This document shows, one piece after another, positions 1 through 10,209 of a stretch of DNA of 64,000 nucleotides (positions are counted from its first letter, which is position 1; each line of letters starts with the position of its first letter). Under the pieces are notes generated by a model. That model was not told the origin of the DNA and did not search any database. It saw only the letters and a list, made by a program, of their open reading frames with translations. The DNA is from an uncultured delta proteobacterium. GTDB lineage: Bacteria; Myxococcota_A; UBA9160; SZUA-336. The stretch is taken from NCBI GenBank assembly GCA_963704165.1, contig CAVPHD010000003.1, positions 288,001-352,000 on the forward strand, written 5' to 3'. Both the position numbers and the translations under genes were made by a program.

Positions 1-828
1 ATCCAGACCGACGCGATGATCGACCACGGCTCTTCGGGCGGCCCGCTGATCAACCTGCGCGGCGAGGTGGTCGGAATCAACTCGCGCGGCCAGGGCCGCG
101 GCATCGGCTTCACGATTCCGATCAACACCGCCAAGCGCGTCTCCGGCGATCTGCTCGATGTCGGACGCATCGCGCGCGGCTACCTCGGGGTGACGATCCA
201 GCCGCTGCCGCGCGAGCTCGCCCGCTATTGGGGCGAGCCGGACCTGCACGGCGTGGTGATCGGCTCGGTTGCGCGCGGCTCCCCGGCCGAAGCCGCCGGG
301 ATCGAAGTCGGCGACGTGCTGATTCGATTCGATGGCGAGCCGCTCCGCGCCGAGAAGGACGAGGATCTCGGCCAGTTCCAGCGTCTGGTGGCGCTCGAGA
401 GCGTCGGCCGGGACGTCGCGATCGAGGTCGTGCGCAGCGGCGAGCGCCGGAAGCTCCGCGCCACGCTCGCCGCTCAGCCGAAGTACGTGCCCGACGAGGT
501 CGAGAGCGCGCACGGCTTCACCGTCGAAGAGATCACCGAAGCGAGCTTCCGCGGCCAGCGACTGCCGCAGCGCGACGGCGTGCTGGTCTCCTTCGTCGAG
601 CCCGGCTCCGAAGCCGACGAGGCGGGAATGGTCCGCGGCGACCTGATCGTCGAGGTCGAGAAGCTCCCCGTCGCGACGCTCGAGGACTTCCGCTCTGCGC
701 TCGGCGAGAAGAAGGACCACCCGTTCCTGGTGCGCGCGCTCCGCGGCGACGACACCCGCTTCCTTCTCGTCAACCCGCGCGCGAAGACCGAGCCAACCCC
801 GGCGACGAACTCCTCGAGTCGGCGCTGA
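1..828 (+). CDS. HtrA/DegP-family serine protease, C-terminal part (5' truncated by window edge), two PDZ domains
   Basis: IQTDAMIDHGSSGGPLINLRGEVVGIN...IGFTIPIN; RGYLGV and SPAEAAGIEVGDV PDZ motifs. Confidence 0.9.
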   Translation: MQTDAMIDHGSSGGPLINLRGEVVGINSRGQGRGIGFTIPINTAKRVSGDLLDVGRIARGYLGVTIQPLPRELARYWGEPDLHGVVIGSVARGSPAEAAGIEVGDVLIRFDGEPLRAEKDEDLGQFQRLVALESVGRDVAIEVVRSGERRKLRATLAAQPKYVPDEVESAHGFTVEEITEASFRGQRLPQRDGVLVSFVEPGSEADEAGMVRGDLIVEVEKLPVATLEDFRSALGEKKDHPFLVRALRGDDTRFLLVNPRAKTEPTPATNSSSRR

Positions 829-842
829 TCCGCGAACCGGGA

Positions 843-1376
843 ATGATCACGACTCGCCCGATGGCGGCTTCGGAGCTCGATCGGATCGGCGAGGTCGATC
901 GGACGGAGCACGTGACACGCGAGTATTCGTATCGACGGGGTCTTCTCGAGTGCCGCGTCGTCGACGTGCGGGCTCCGCGATGGTCGCCGGACGGCGACCA
1001 CGCGCGGAGCGTTCGAGGGCAGATTGGGGCCTGGCGGCCGATTCTCGAGCGCGGCGGAGTGCTCGTCGGCGCGTTCGACGCCGATGCGCTGGTCGGATTC
1101 GCGATCTACCGCCCCGACCTCGCGGAGGGAACGGCGAACCTGGCGGCTCTGTACGTCAGCCTCGAGTGGCGGCACGCGGGCGTCGGGTCGCGACTGACCG
1201 AAGAAGTCGCGCGTCTAGCGCGCGCCGACGGCGCGCGGCGCCTCTACGTCTCCGCGACGCCGAGCGTCCCCACCGTGGACTTCTACTCGAGCCGGGGCTT
1301 CCGGCCCACCGACGAGCCGGACGCGGCGTTGTTCGCGCTCGAACCCGACGACATCCACATGATTCGCGATCTGTGA
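843..1376 (+). CDS. GNAT-family N-acetyltransferase
   Basis: ATG at 843; LYVSLEWRHAGVGSRL acetyl-CoA motif; VDFYSSRGF. Confidence 0.85.
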   Translation: MITTRPMAASELDRIGEVDRTEHVTREYSYRRGLLECRVVDVRAPRWSPDGDHARSVRGQIGAWRPILERGGVLVGAFDADALVGFAIYRPDLAEGTANLAALYVSLEWRHAGVGSRLTEEVARLARADGARRLYVSATPSVPTVDFYSSRGFRPTDEPDAALFALEPDDIHMIRDL

Positions 1377-1380
1377 CGCC

Positions 1381-2394
1381 GTGTGCCGGCGCAAGTCGAC
1401 CCACGTGAGAGTCGCGGTCGTCGCCACGGTCGCGCTCGCGCTCACCTCGTGCGCGCTGTCTCGCGATCTGCTCGACGGGCCCGCGCGACGGCGCAGCCGG
1501 AGCTACGCGATCTCCGCGGAGGCCCTGCGCGCGGAGTCGATCACGTCCGAGCTCGACGTCGCCTACGACGGCGGCGAGAACCCGCGTCGCAAGCTCGATC
1601 TCTACCTGCCCGAGGCGCGCGCGCGAGCCGCGCTTCCCGTGATCGTCTTCTTTCACGGGGGCGGCTGGTCGAAAGGGGACAAGTCCGACGGCGCCGGACG
1701 GCTCCTACCGTTCGTTCGATCCGGTCGGTACGCTGGCGTCTCGGCCGAGTACCGGTTCTCCGACGAAGCCCGGTGGCCCGCTCAGATCCACGACTGCAAG
1801 GCCGTGATCCGTTGGGTTCGGGCGAACGCCTCCCGGTACGGATTCGACGCCGACCGGATCGGCGTCTGGGGCACGAGCGCGGGGGCTCATCTGGCACTCA
1901 TGACGGGCGTGACCGGGGACGTGGCGGAGCTCGAGGGCGACGTCGGTCCGCATTTGGACATGAGCAGCCGCGTGTCCGCGGTCGCGAACTTCTTCGGCGT
2001 GACGGATCTCAACGCGATCGGCGGGACGTCTGGCGGATCGGATCGCGCCGCCCGGTCGGATGCGCCCGAGGCGAGGCTGATCGGCGGACCGGTTCGCGAG
2101 AATCCCGAGAAAGCCAGGGCCGCGTCGCCGATCACGTACGTCACCCCGGGCGATCCGCCGGTGCTGACGGTCCACGGCTCGGCCGACCGCACCGTCGCCT
2201 ACGAGCAGTCGGTCGCACTCGATCGAGCGCTGCGGAACGCCGGTGTGCCGACGTACTTCGTGACGGTGAGCGGCGCGGGGCACGGCAACTTCGGAACCTC
2301 GGCAGACGACCGGGTGTCCGCGTTCCTAGACCGCCATCTGCGCGGGCGCGACGTCGAGATCCCGACCTCGCCAATCGTCGAGTGGGAGCCCTGA
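1381..2394 (+). CDS. Alpha/beta hydrolase (esterase/lipase, BD-FAE-like), possible lipoprotein
   Basis: HGGGW oxyanion motif, GTSAG nucleophile, HGSAD, GAGHG; N-terminal hydrophobic stretch ending LTSC. Confidence 0.88.
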   Translation: MCRRKSTHVRVAVVATVALALTSCALSRDLLDGPARRRSRSYAISAEALRAESITSELDVAYDGGENPRRKLDLYLPEARARAALPVIVFFHGGGWSKGDKSDGAGRLLPFVRSGRYAGVSAEYRFSDEARWPAQIHDCKAVIRWVRANASRYGFDADRIGVWGTSAGAHLALMTGVTGDVAELEGDVGPHLDMSSRVSAVANFFGVTDLNAIGGTSGGSDRAARSDAPEARLIGGPVRENPEKARAASPITYVTPGDPPVLTVHGSADRTVAYEQSVALDRALRNAGVPTYFVTVSGAGHGNFGTSADDRVSAFLDRHLRGRDVEIPTSPIVEWEP

Positions 2395-2398
2395 CGCG

Positions 2399-2776
2399 AT
2401 GCGTGCGATCGGCAGATCACTCGCCCTCGTCGCCGCGCTCTTCGGCCTGGTGACGATCGCCGCGGGGACTCGGGTCCTCGCGGGCGCCGACCCGGGGTAC
2501 CTCGTGTTCCGGCCGTTGCTGATCTACAACGCCTCGATGGGATTCGCGTACGTGGCGGCGGGGGTGCTGGCCTTTCGAAGGCTCGATCGCGGTGCATGGG
2601 CGGCGGCCGCGATCTTCGCGCTGAACCTCATCGTGCTGGCCACGATCGGCTCCCTGTACGCGTCGGCGGGCAGCGTCGCGATCGAGAGCGTTCGCGCGAT
2701 GAGTCTCCGAACCGCCGTCTGGCTGCTCTTGTTCCTCGGAATGCGGTGGGCCGCTCGCGCGCAGGGCTCTCGCTAG
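2399..2776 (+). CDS. Small four-TM hypothetical membrane protein
   Basis: 125-aa ORF with four hydrophobic segments, starts 4 nt after the upstream stop. Confidence 0.65.
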   Translation: MRAIGRSLALVAALFGLVTIAAGTRVLAGADPGYLVFRPLLIYNASMGFAYVAAGVLAFRRLDRGAWAAAAIFALNLIVLATIGSLYASAGSVAIESVRAMSLRTAVWLLLFLGMRWAARAQGSR

Positions 2777-4014
2777 GCCGGCGCGAGCAGGCGATCGCGG
2801 ACCGAGTCGTCGAACGCAGAGGCCGGCAGCGCGTCCGGGCCGACGAACGCGGCCAGGAACCAGAGTAGGAGCGCGGGGTCCGCGGCCTGAAGCTCGCGGG
2901 CGCGCCTCCGACGTGCCTCGGCCTCGGTGCCGAACTCGTTCTCGAGGTGCGAATCGAGCGACGCCGAGAAGCGCAGCGGCGCAGTCGTTCGCGCCGCTCT
3001 TCGGTGTAGGGCGTGAACGAGGCCGGCGACCCGCCCGAGCTCGCGATCAGGATCTCGCTCACGATCCGGACGTCCCGCAGCGTGATCGAGAGCCCTTGTC
3101 CGATGATCGGATCGTTGTGACCCGCGGCATCGCCGATCAGGACGACGCCGTCGGCGACCGGTGACTCGGCCCAGGTGTCCTCGTTCCCGTAGGAGTGACA
3201 CGGCCCCGCCGGGCGCGCGTTCGCGAGCGACTCGGCTTCCGGCAGGCAGCGCAGATGGAACGCGTCGAGGAAGCGTCCTCGCGGCATTCGCCCCCGTGAG
3301 CCGCGTCCTCTGCTCGAGCGCGTAGCCCAGGTAGAGCCGCGCGCGTCCTTCTCCCTGCGGGAACACCAGGAAGTGAGCGTCGTCCTCGACGCCGGTGACT
3401 TGCAGATGGGCCGGCCACGCGTCGGCGCCCTCGACGAGCAACCCCGCGAAGAGGTGATGCGTGGGATCACGATGAAGGGCGATCCCCGCCTGCTTGCGGA
3501 TCGACGAGCCGCGTCCGTCCGCGCCGACCACGAGCCGTGTCATCACGCGTTGCGCACGGCCCGCGTGCTCGAATCGAACCTCGCGATGTCCACGCTCGAT
3601 CGGTCCGAGCCCGATGCCGTCCACGCCGCGACGAACGTCCGCACCCGCCAGCGTCGCGGCCTCGGACAGGATCCCGCACATCCTCGGGTGGCCGAGACAG
3701 AGCGGTCCCTGCGCGTCGGGGAGCAGTCGGCGGAGGTCGATCGTGTTCTGCGGGGTGCGTTCCGAGTCGAGCGCATCCTGGTAGGTGCGATGCTCCGAAA
3801 CCACGTTGCCGCCGGCTGCGTGCAGCGTCTCGTAGAGTCCGAGCCGCTTCGCCTCGACGACGCCCCAGGGCGCGAGCCACTCGCCGCGCACACGATCGCG
3901 GTACTCCGTCTCCTTCTCGAGCACGAGCACCGAGAGCCCCGCGCGCGCAAGCACCGTCGCGAGCGCGCTGCCACCGATCCCCGCGCCCACGACCACGACG
4001 TCGCACTCCATCAT
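2773..4014 (-). CDS. FAD-dependent monooxygenase/oxidoreductase with two compensating frameshifts (~3280, ~2980)
   Basis: VVVGAGIGG and VVGADG in the main frame; LIGDAAGHNDPIIGQG lies in the alternate frame (ORF 2628..3470). Confidence 0.85.
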   Translation of the reverse strand: MMECDVVVVGAGIGGSALATVLARAGLSVLVLEKETEYRDRVRGEWLAPWGVVEAKRLGLYETLHAAGGNVVSEHRTYQDALDSERTPQNTIDLRRLLPDAQGPLCLGHPRMCGILSEAATLAGADVRRGVDGIGLGPIERGHREVRFEHAGRAQRVMTRLVVGADGRGSSIRKQAGIALHRDPTHHLFAGLLVEGADAWPAHLQVTGVEDDAHFLVFPQGEGRARLYLGYALEQRTRLTGANAARTLPRRVPSALPAGSRVARERAPGGAVSLLRERGHLGRVTGRRRRRPDRRCRGSQRSDHRTRALDHAAGRPDRERDPDRELGRVAGLVHALHRRAARTTAPLRFSASLDSHLENEFGTEAEARRRRARELQAADPALLLWFLAAFVGPDALPASAFDDSVRDRLLAPA

Positions 4015-4021
4015 CGGCCCC

Positions 4022-5188
4022 TCATACCAGACGCGCGCCGCCCGCGGCGCGCGTGCTCCAGAAGCGCGGAACGCGGCCAAATCGGCTGCGAAATCGGTCG
4101 CGGAGCTCGTCCGCGAACGCGCGCGACCCCTCGGTCCGAACCAGGTGGACCGTGCAGCCCCCGAACCCCGCTCCGGTCATGCGCGCTCCGATGCAAGCGG
4201 GCAGTGTTCGTGAATCCTCGACCAGCGCGTCGCTCTCGGGCACGGTCACGTCGTAATCGTCTCGCAGGCTCTCGTGCGAGGCGAACATGGCCGCGCCCGC
4301 GCGAGAGAGATCGCCGGACTCGAGCGCCGCCGCGAACTCGCGGACGCGCGCGTTCTCCGAGATCACGTGGCGAGCGCGGCCCAGCGCGACCGGGTCGATC
4401 GAACGCGCGAGCGGCTCGAGGTCCGCCGTCGCGAGATCCGAGAGCGATGCGATCGGCCGTCCGAACACGACACGCGCAGCTTCGAGCGCTCGATCGCATT
4501 CCGCGCGGCGCTGCGCGTAGCCGCCCGAGCGCAGCGCGCGCGACACGCCCGTGTCGAAGATCAGGATCTCGATCCCGTCCGGAAGCGGAACCCGCGTGGC
4601 GATCGTGCGCGCGCAGTCGAGCAGCAGTGCGGAGCCGGGCTCTGTACACAGAACGGCGTACTGGTCCATGATCCCGCACGGCACGCCCGCGAACTCGACC
4701 TCGGCTCGCTGGCACAGGCGCGCGAGCTCGGGACGGTCGAGCTCGACCTCGGCGCCGCCCGAGGCGGCGAGCAGCGCGAGCGCCGTCGCGGCCTCGAGCG
4801 CGGCCGAGCTCGACAAGCCCGCGCCCTCCGGCACGTCGGAGAGCACGGCGATCTCGAAGCCGGACTCGCGGACGAGACCCGCATCCACGAGAACCCGCGC
4901 GGTCCCGCGCACGTAGTCGAGCCAATCCCCCGCGGGCGGATCGTCGAGCCCGGACCGCGCTTCACCGCGCTCCCGCGAGAAGCCGCGCACGCTCGTGTCC
5001 CGGCGCATTCGCAGTGCGACGCGGGTCGAGAGCTCGATCGCGGCGGGCAGCACGAGCCCGCCGTTGTAGTCCGTGTGCTCGCCGATCAGGTTCACGCGGC
5101 CCGGAGCGCGCGACGCGGCCGACGCCGGGGAGCCGAACGCCGAAGCGAATGCCGCCCGCACATCTCCTTCCCCAGCATCCATGCTCAT
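4022..5188 (-). CDS. galK: Galactokinase
   Basis: APGRVNLIGEHTDYNGG, GAGLSSSAA, CGIMDQ, GARMTGAGFGG. Confidence 0.93.
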   Translation of the reverse strand: MSMDAGEGDVRAAFASAFGSPASAASRAPGRVNLIGEHTDYNGGLVLPAAIELSTRVALRMRRDTSVRGFSRERGEARSGLDDPPAGDWLDYVRGTARVLVDAGLVRESGFEIAVLSDVPEGAGLSSSAALEAATALALLAASGGAEVELDRPELARLCQRAEVEFAGVPCGIMDQYAVLCTEPGSALLLDCARTIATRVPLPDGIEILIFDTGVSRALRSGGYAQRRAECDRALEAARVVFGRPIASLSDLATADLEPLARSIDPVALGRARHVISENARVREFAAALESGDLSRAGAAMFASHESLRDDYDVTVPESDALVEDSRTLPACIGARMTGAGFGGCTVHLVRTEGSRAFADELRDRFRSRFGRVPRFWSTRAAGGARLV

Positions 5189-5261
5189 CTCCGCCCGAAG
5201 CCCGGCGTAACCCTTGGGAAATCCCGCCGGCTGGCCTAGCGTCCCGGCCGGGATTCTCATT

Positions 5262-6617
5262 ATGGCGCGGCCGCTCTGGATAGCCCTGATCGCGTGCACC
5301 CTGTGCGCGGATGTCCACGCGAACCAGGAGTCGCGGCGTACCCCCGTGGTCGCGGCCGCCGAGAGCGGAGCTCCCTCGACCGTGAATATCATCTCGACGC
5401 AGCAGGTCGCAGACAGCGGAAACCCGTTCGTCCGTGGCGACCCCTTCTTCGACGAGTTCTTCCGCCGGTTCATGAACCCCCGACCGAGCACGACCCAGAG
5501 CCTGGGCACCGGAGTCATCATCAACAGCGACGGCTACGTGCTGACCAACGAGCACGTGCTCGCAGGCGCGACACAGATCCGCGTCAGCCTCGCGGACGGG
5601 CGCAGCTTCGACGCGGAGCTGGTCGGCGGCGATCCGGCGAGCGACCTCGCGGTCGTGCTCGTCCACGCGAACGAGAAGCTCCCCGCCCCCAGGCTCGGGA
5701 ACTCCGACGACGTGATGATCGGCGAAACGGTGGTCGCGATCGGAAATCCCTTCGGCCTGAATCACACCGTCACCACCGGTGTGCTCTCGGCCGTGAACCG
5801 CTCGATCCGCGGGGACGGACGCGAGTACCACGGCTTTCTCCAGACCGACGCGAGCATCAATCCCGGCAACTCCGGCGGACCGCTGCTCAACCTGGACGGC
5901 GAGGTGATCGGCATCAACACGGCGATCCTCGGCAACGCCCAGGGCATCGGCTTCGCGATCCCGATCAACCGCGCGCGGCGGATCGTCGAGGACCTGATCC
6001 GACACGGCGAGGTCCTGCCGACCTGGCTCGGCATCTGGCTGCAGGAGCTGACGCCGAAGCTCCGCGAGGCGCTCGGTGCGGAGCTTTCGAGCGGCGTCCT
6101 GATCTCCACCGTGTACGAGGGCACTCCGGCTTCGGCCGCGGGCGTCCATCGCGGCGACGTGCTCACGGTCGTCGATGGCACGCCCATCCGGTCGCGCCGC
6201 GACTTCTACGAGATCGCGCGCAGCTTCACCGTCGGACAGCCGGTCAAGCTCGTGCTCGATCGCTCCGGCACGAGCGTCGCGGTCGAGGTCGAAGCCGAGA
6301 AGTTCCCCGAGACGCGCGCCGACGAGTTCGCACAGGTCTTGCTCGGCCTCGAGCTCGACGAGCGAACCCCTGCGCTCGCCCGCAGGCACGGCATCGAGTC
6401 CCCGCGCGGCATGTTCGTCTCGCGCGTGGTCCCGCACAGCGCCGCCGAGGCGCGCGGACTTCGGCCGGGCGACCTGGTGCTTCAGATCGGCCGCGAACGG
6501 ATCGATGATCGAGCCGCGCTGCGGCGAGCGATCCCGAAGATCCTCGGCCAGGACAGCGTCGTAGTCGTGGTACAACGCGGCCGGCAGTACGGCAGCGTGA
6601 TGCTCGAGCTCTGGTGA
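5262..6617 (+). CDS. HtrA/DegP (Do-family) periplasmic serine protease
   Basis: Signal peptide; LTNEHV, SDLAV, QTDASINPGNSGGPL; two PDZ domains. Confidence 0.93.
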   Translation: MARPLWIALIACTLCADVHANQESRRTPVVAAAESGAPSTVNIISTQQVADSGNPFVRGDPFFDEFFRRFMNPRPSTTQSLGTGVIINSDGYVLTNEHVLAGATQIRVSLADGRSFDAELVGGDPASDLAVVLVHANEKLPAPRLGNSDDVMIGETVVAIGNPFGLNHTVTTGVLSAVNRSIRGDGREYHGFLQTDASINPGNSGGPLLNLDGEVIGINTAILGNAQGIGFAIPINRARRIVEDLIRHGEVLPTWLGIWLQELTPKLREALGAELSSGVLISTVYEGTPASAAGVHRGDVLTVVDGTPIRSRRDFYEIARSFTVGQPVKLVLDRSGTSVAVEVEAEKFPETRADEFAQVLLGLELDERTPALARRHGIESPRGMFVSRVVPHSAAEARGLRPGDLVLQIGRERIDDRAALRRAIPKILGQDSVVVVVQRGRQYGSVMLELW

Positions 6618-6643
6618 ATCGAAGCTCCAAGGGAGAGAAATCG

Positions 6644-8104
6644 ATGTCTGGTATTCATGTCTTCCGTCGGATCGTGATCGGCGCGCTCGCCCTCGGCGTC
6701 GCTGCGGGACCGCTGCTCGCGCAGAGCGCTCGCGCCGAGCTACCGAGACCGTTCTGGAGCGAGGGCGAGCCTGGCGACGCCTCGGCGCGGCCGGACTCGC
6801 TCGCGGATCTGGCGGAGAACGTCTCGCCGGCGGTGGTCAACATCAAGGTCGAGCGCAAGCAGACGCTGCGCGGCGGCCCCGAGGAGCTTTTCGAGGAGTT
6901 CTTCGGCCGGCAGAAGCCCGGAAGGAAGCCCGAGAGGAAGGGCCCGCGCCAGTTCAGCGTGCCGTCCTCGGGATCCGGGTTCGTCGTCTCGAGCGACGGC
7001 TTGATCGTCACCAACAACCACGTGGTCGAGAACGCCGAGTCGATGGTCGCGGTCTTCGATGACGGTACCGAGCTCGACGCCAAGGTCGTCGGGCGCGACC
7101 CGAAGACGGATCTCGCGCTGATCAAGGTCGAATCCCCCAAATCCCTGAAGCCGGTTCCGCTCGGTGACTCCGACGGTCTGCGCGTCGGCAGCTGGGTGAT
7201 GGCGATCGGAAATCCCTTCGGACTCGACCACACGGTGACGGTCGGGATCCTGTCCGCGAAGGGCCGCTCGAACTTCGGCGGCGAGCAGATCGCCGGACCC
7301 TACGACGATTTCCTTCAGACCGACGCGAGCATCAACCCCGGCAACTCCGGCGGGCCGCTGATCGACATGAAGGGACGCGTCATCGGCATCAACACGGCCA
7401 TTGCCGCGAGCGGTCAGGGAATCGGATTCGCGATTCCGATCAACATGGCGAAGAGCCTGCTGCCGCAGCTTCTCGAGCACGGTTCGGTGACGAGGGGTTG
7501 GCTCGGCGTGCAGATTCAGCGCGTCACGCCCACGCTCGCGAAGACTTTCAAGATCGAGAACGCCAAGGGCGCTCTCGTCGGCCAGGTCTTCGAGAACGGA
7601 CCGGCGGCGAAAGCGAAGATCGAGCGCGGCGACGTGATCACGAGCTTCGACGGCAAGCCGATCGACGACTACGACGATCTGCCGCGCATCGTCGCGTCGA
7701 CCCCGCCGGGAACGGCGGTCGAGGTACAGGTGCTGCGTGACGGCAAGGTGCGCAAGCTCAAGGCCACGCTCGAGAAGATGAAGGACGAGGAGATCCAAGC
7801 CGCGAGCGATGACGCCGCCGACATGAACTGGGGGTTCGAAGTCCAGGCGATCAACGACGAGATCGCAGGGCAGCTCGGACTCTCGCTCGGTTCGAAGGGC
7901 GTCGTCGTGTCCGCGGTCGAACCCGAGTCCGCCGCCGCGCGCGCGGGACTGCACCCCGGTGACGTGATCATCGAGGCGAACCGCATCGAGATCGATTCGC
8001 CGAAGCAGCTGAAGGACGCCCTCGCGACGAGCAGCGATTCCGCCGTGCTTCTGGTGCAGCGTGGCGACGGGACGCTCTACATGGCGATCGAACGGGAGAG
8101 CTGA
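6644..8104 (+). CDS. HtrA/DegP/DegQ (Do-family) periplasmic serine protease
   Basis: GGAG RBS then ATG 6644; VTNNHV, TDLAL, QTDASINPGNSGGPL, RGWLGV; two PDZ domains. Confidence 0.94.
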   Translation: MSGIHVFRRIVIGALALGVAAGPLLAQSARAELPRPFWSEGEPGDASARPDSLADLAENVSPAVVNIKVERKQTLRGGPEELFEEFFGRQKPGRKPERKGPRQFSVPSSGSGFVVSSDGLIVTNNHVVENAESMVAVFDDGTELDAKVVGRDPKTDLALIKVESPKSLKPVPLGDSDGLRVGSWVMAIGNPFGLDHTVTVGILSAKGRSNFGGEQIAGPYDDFLQTDASINPGNSGGPLIDMKGRVIGINTAIAASGQGIGFAIPINMAKSLLPQLLEHGSVTRGWLGVQIQRVTPTLAKTFKIENAKGALVGQVFENGPAAKAKIERGDVITSFDGKPIDDYDDLPRIVASTPPGTAVEVQVLRDGKVRKLKATLEKMKDEEIQAASDDAADMNWGFEVQAINDEIAGQLGLSLGSKGVVVSAVEPESAAARAGLHPGDVIIEANRIEIDSPKQLKDALATSSDSAVLLVQRGDGTLYMAIERES

Positions 8105-8111
8105 GCGGGCG

Positions 8112-9323
8112 CTACTTCACGCTCACACCCGCCCAGCGCTTCAGCTCGCGGCGCGCGATCACCATCTTGTGGACCTCGTCGGGTCCGTCGGCGATCCGCA
8201 GGGATCGACCGTGGCGCCACATGGCGGCGACCGGGGTGTCGTCGGAGACGCCGAGCGATCCCATGACCTGGATCGAGCGGTCGCAGACGTCCATCAGCAG
8301 GTTGGCCGCGATCACCTTGACCATCGAGATCTCCTGCGCGGCCTCCTTCTTGCCGACCGTGTCCATCTTCCACGCGGTGTAGAGCGTGAACAGACGAGCC
8401 TGATCGATTTCCATCTTCGACTTCGCGATGAAGTCCTGGACGAACTGCTTGGTGCCGAGCGGATCGCCGCCGACCTTCCGGTTCGCCGCGTAGTCGACCA
8501 TGATCTCGTAGGCTCGCTGCGCGCCGCCGATGCAGCGCATGCAGTGGTGGATGCGGCCCGGACCCAGACGCGCCTGCGCGATCGCGAAGCCCGCGCCTTC
8601 GGGACCGAGCCGGTTCTCGACCGGCACGCGGCAGTCCTCGTAGCGGATCTCGCAGTGACCACCGCCGCCCGCGTGCCCCATCACCGAAACGGACCGGACG
8701 ATCTTGAAGCCCGGCGTCGTCGTCGGAACCAGGATCATGCTCGCGCGTTGGTGCGGCGCGGCCGACGGATCCGTCACCGCCATCACGATCGCGAACTCCG
8801 AGCCGATCGCGCCCGACGTGAACCACTTGTGCCCGTTCAGCACGTAGGTGTCGCCATCGCGCTTCGCGAGCGTCTGCAGCTGCGTCGGATCGGCGCTCGA
8901 AACCTCGGGCTCCGTCATCGAGAAGCAGGATCGGATCTCGCCGTCGAGGAGCGGCTGCAGGTACTTCTTCTTCTGCGCGTCGGTCCCGAACTGCGCGAGG
9001 ATCTCCATGTTGCCGGTATCGGGCGCCGCGCAGTTGAAGATGCGCGACGCGATCGCGCTTCGGCCCATGATCTCGGCGAGCGGCGCGTACTCGAGGTTCG
9101 AGAGACCGGCGCCGAACTCCTCGTCGGGCAGGAAGAGGTTCCAGAGCCCGATCTTGCGCGCCTTCTGCTTCAGCTCCGTGATGATCTCGGGCATGTGGTG
9201 CGGGTTGCCCGAGGCCTCGACCTGCTCCGCGGCCACACGCTCGGCCGGGTAGACGAACTCGTCCATGAAGCGCTCGAGTTGCCGCTGGATTTCCTTGACC
9301 TTCTCGCTCTGCTCGAAGTCCAT
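8112..9323 (-). CDS. Acyl-CoA dehydrogenase, ACAD10/11-like clade
   Basis: GLWNLFLP, FNCAAPDTGNMEIL, MTEPEVSSAD, AQARLGPGRIHHCMR, RIADGPDEVH. Confidence 0.93.
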   Translation of the reverse strand: MDFEQSEKVKEIQRQLERFMDEFVYPAERVAAEQVEASGNPHHMPEIITELKQKARKIGLWNLFLPDEEFGAGLSNLEYAPLAEIMGRSAIASRIFNCAAPDTGNMEILAQFGTDAQKKKYLQPLLDGEIRSCFSMTEPEVSSADPTQLQTLAKRDGDTYVLNGHKWFTSGAIGSEFAIVMAVTDPSAAPHQRASMILVPTTTPGFKIVRSVSVMGHAGGGGHCEIRYEDCRVPVENRLGPEGAGFAIAQARLGPGRIHHCMRCIGGAQRAYEIMVDYAANRKVGGDPLGTKQFVQDFIAKSKMEIDQARLFTLYTAWKMDTVGKKEAAQEISMVKVIAANLLMDVCDRSIQVMGSLGVSDDTPVAAMWRHGRSLRIADGPDEVHKMVIARRELKRWAGVSVK

Positions 9324-9372
9324 GCCTGCCGTTCCTTCTCTTGTCTTGTTCGGGGCGATTCTACCGGATCAC

Positions 9373-10185
9373 TCAGTCGCCGGTGTACTTGGGCGGGCGC
9401 TTCTCGAAGAAGGCGCGCACCCCTTCGCGGAAGTCCCCGCTCTGGCTGGCGAGGATCTGGTTTCGATCCTCCATGGCGATCGCGGCCTCGAGCGTCGGGG
9501 CGTCGATGCTCCAGTTGAGACAGTCCTTCGTCAGGCGCACGCCAACGGGGGAGTTGCGCAGGATCGCGTCGGCCATCTCGCGGCCGGCCTTCTCGAGATC
9601 GGCGTCGGGGACCACGCGCGAGACCAGTCCCGTCGAGAGCGCGCGCGGAGCTTCGATGAAATTCCCGGTGAGCAGAAGCTCGGAGGCGACCGAGGCGCCG
9701 ACGAGTCGCGGCAGGAAGTACGAAGCTCCGATGTCGCACGCGCCGAGCCCGATGCGGATGAACGCGGCGTTCATGCGCGCGCTCTCGCCCGCGATGCGGA
9801 TGTCGCTCGCCAGCGCGAGCGCGAAGCCTCCGCCCGCGGCCGCGCCGTGCACGAGCGCGATGAAGGGCTGAGAGACGCGGCGCATCTTGATCACGAGCTC
9901 GGCGATCCTGTGCTGTCCGCGCAGACTGACCGACACGCTCGGCCGCACCCCTGCGCCGCCGCCGGCCTGCTCGCGCAGGTCGAGACCCGCGCAGAACCCG
10001 CGCCCCGCCCCACGCAGGATCACGAGGCGGGCATCGGTGTCGTCGTGCAGCGCGTCGAGGAACGCGTGCAGCTCGTCGATGAGCTTCGGGCTCATCGCGT
10101 TCAGCGACTCGGGCCGGTTCAGCGTGCAGAACACGAGGCCGCCCGGCTCGCGTGTGACCAGTAGCGTCTCGTAGGCGTCGGACAT
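9373..10185 (-). CDS. Enoyl-CoA hydratase/isomerase family protein
   Basis: LNRPESLNA, FCAGLDL, GAAAGGGFALALASDIR, FFEKRPPKY. Confidence 0.92.
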   Translation of the reverse strand: MSDAYETLLVTREPGGLVFCTLNRPESLNAMSPKLIDELHAFLDALHDDTDARLVILRGAGRGFCAGLDLREQAGGGAGVRPSVSVSLRGQHRIAELVIKMRRVSQPFIALVHGAAAGGGFALALASDIRIAGESARMNAAFIRIGLGACDIGASYFLPRLVGASVASELLLTGNFIEAPRALSTGLVSRVVPDADLEKAGREMADAILRNSPVGVRLTKDCLNWSIDAPTLEAAIAMEDRNQILASQSGDFREGVRAFFEKRPPKYTGD

Positions 10186-10209
10186 CTCGAACTCCTCGCT
10201 GTCGGATCT

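Noticed and set aside
5737..7360. Near-identical DNA stretches (CAGACCGACGCGAGCATCAA..., GATCGGAAATCCCTTCGG) as repeats
   Set aside because: They encode conserved HtrA motifs in paralogues, not a mobile or CRISPR repeat.
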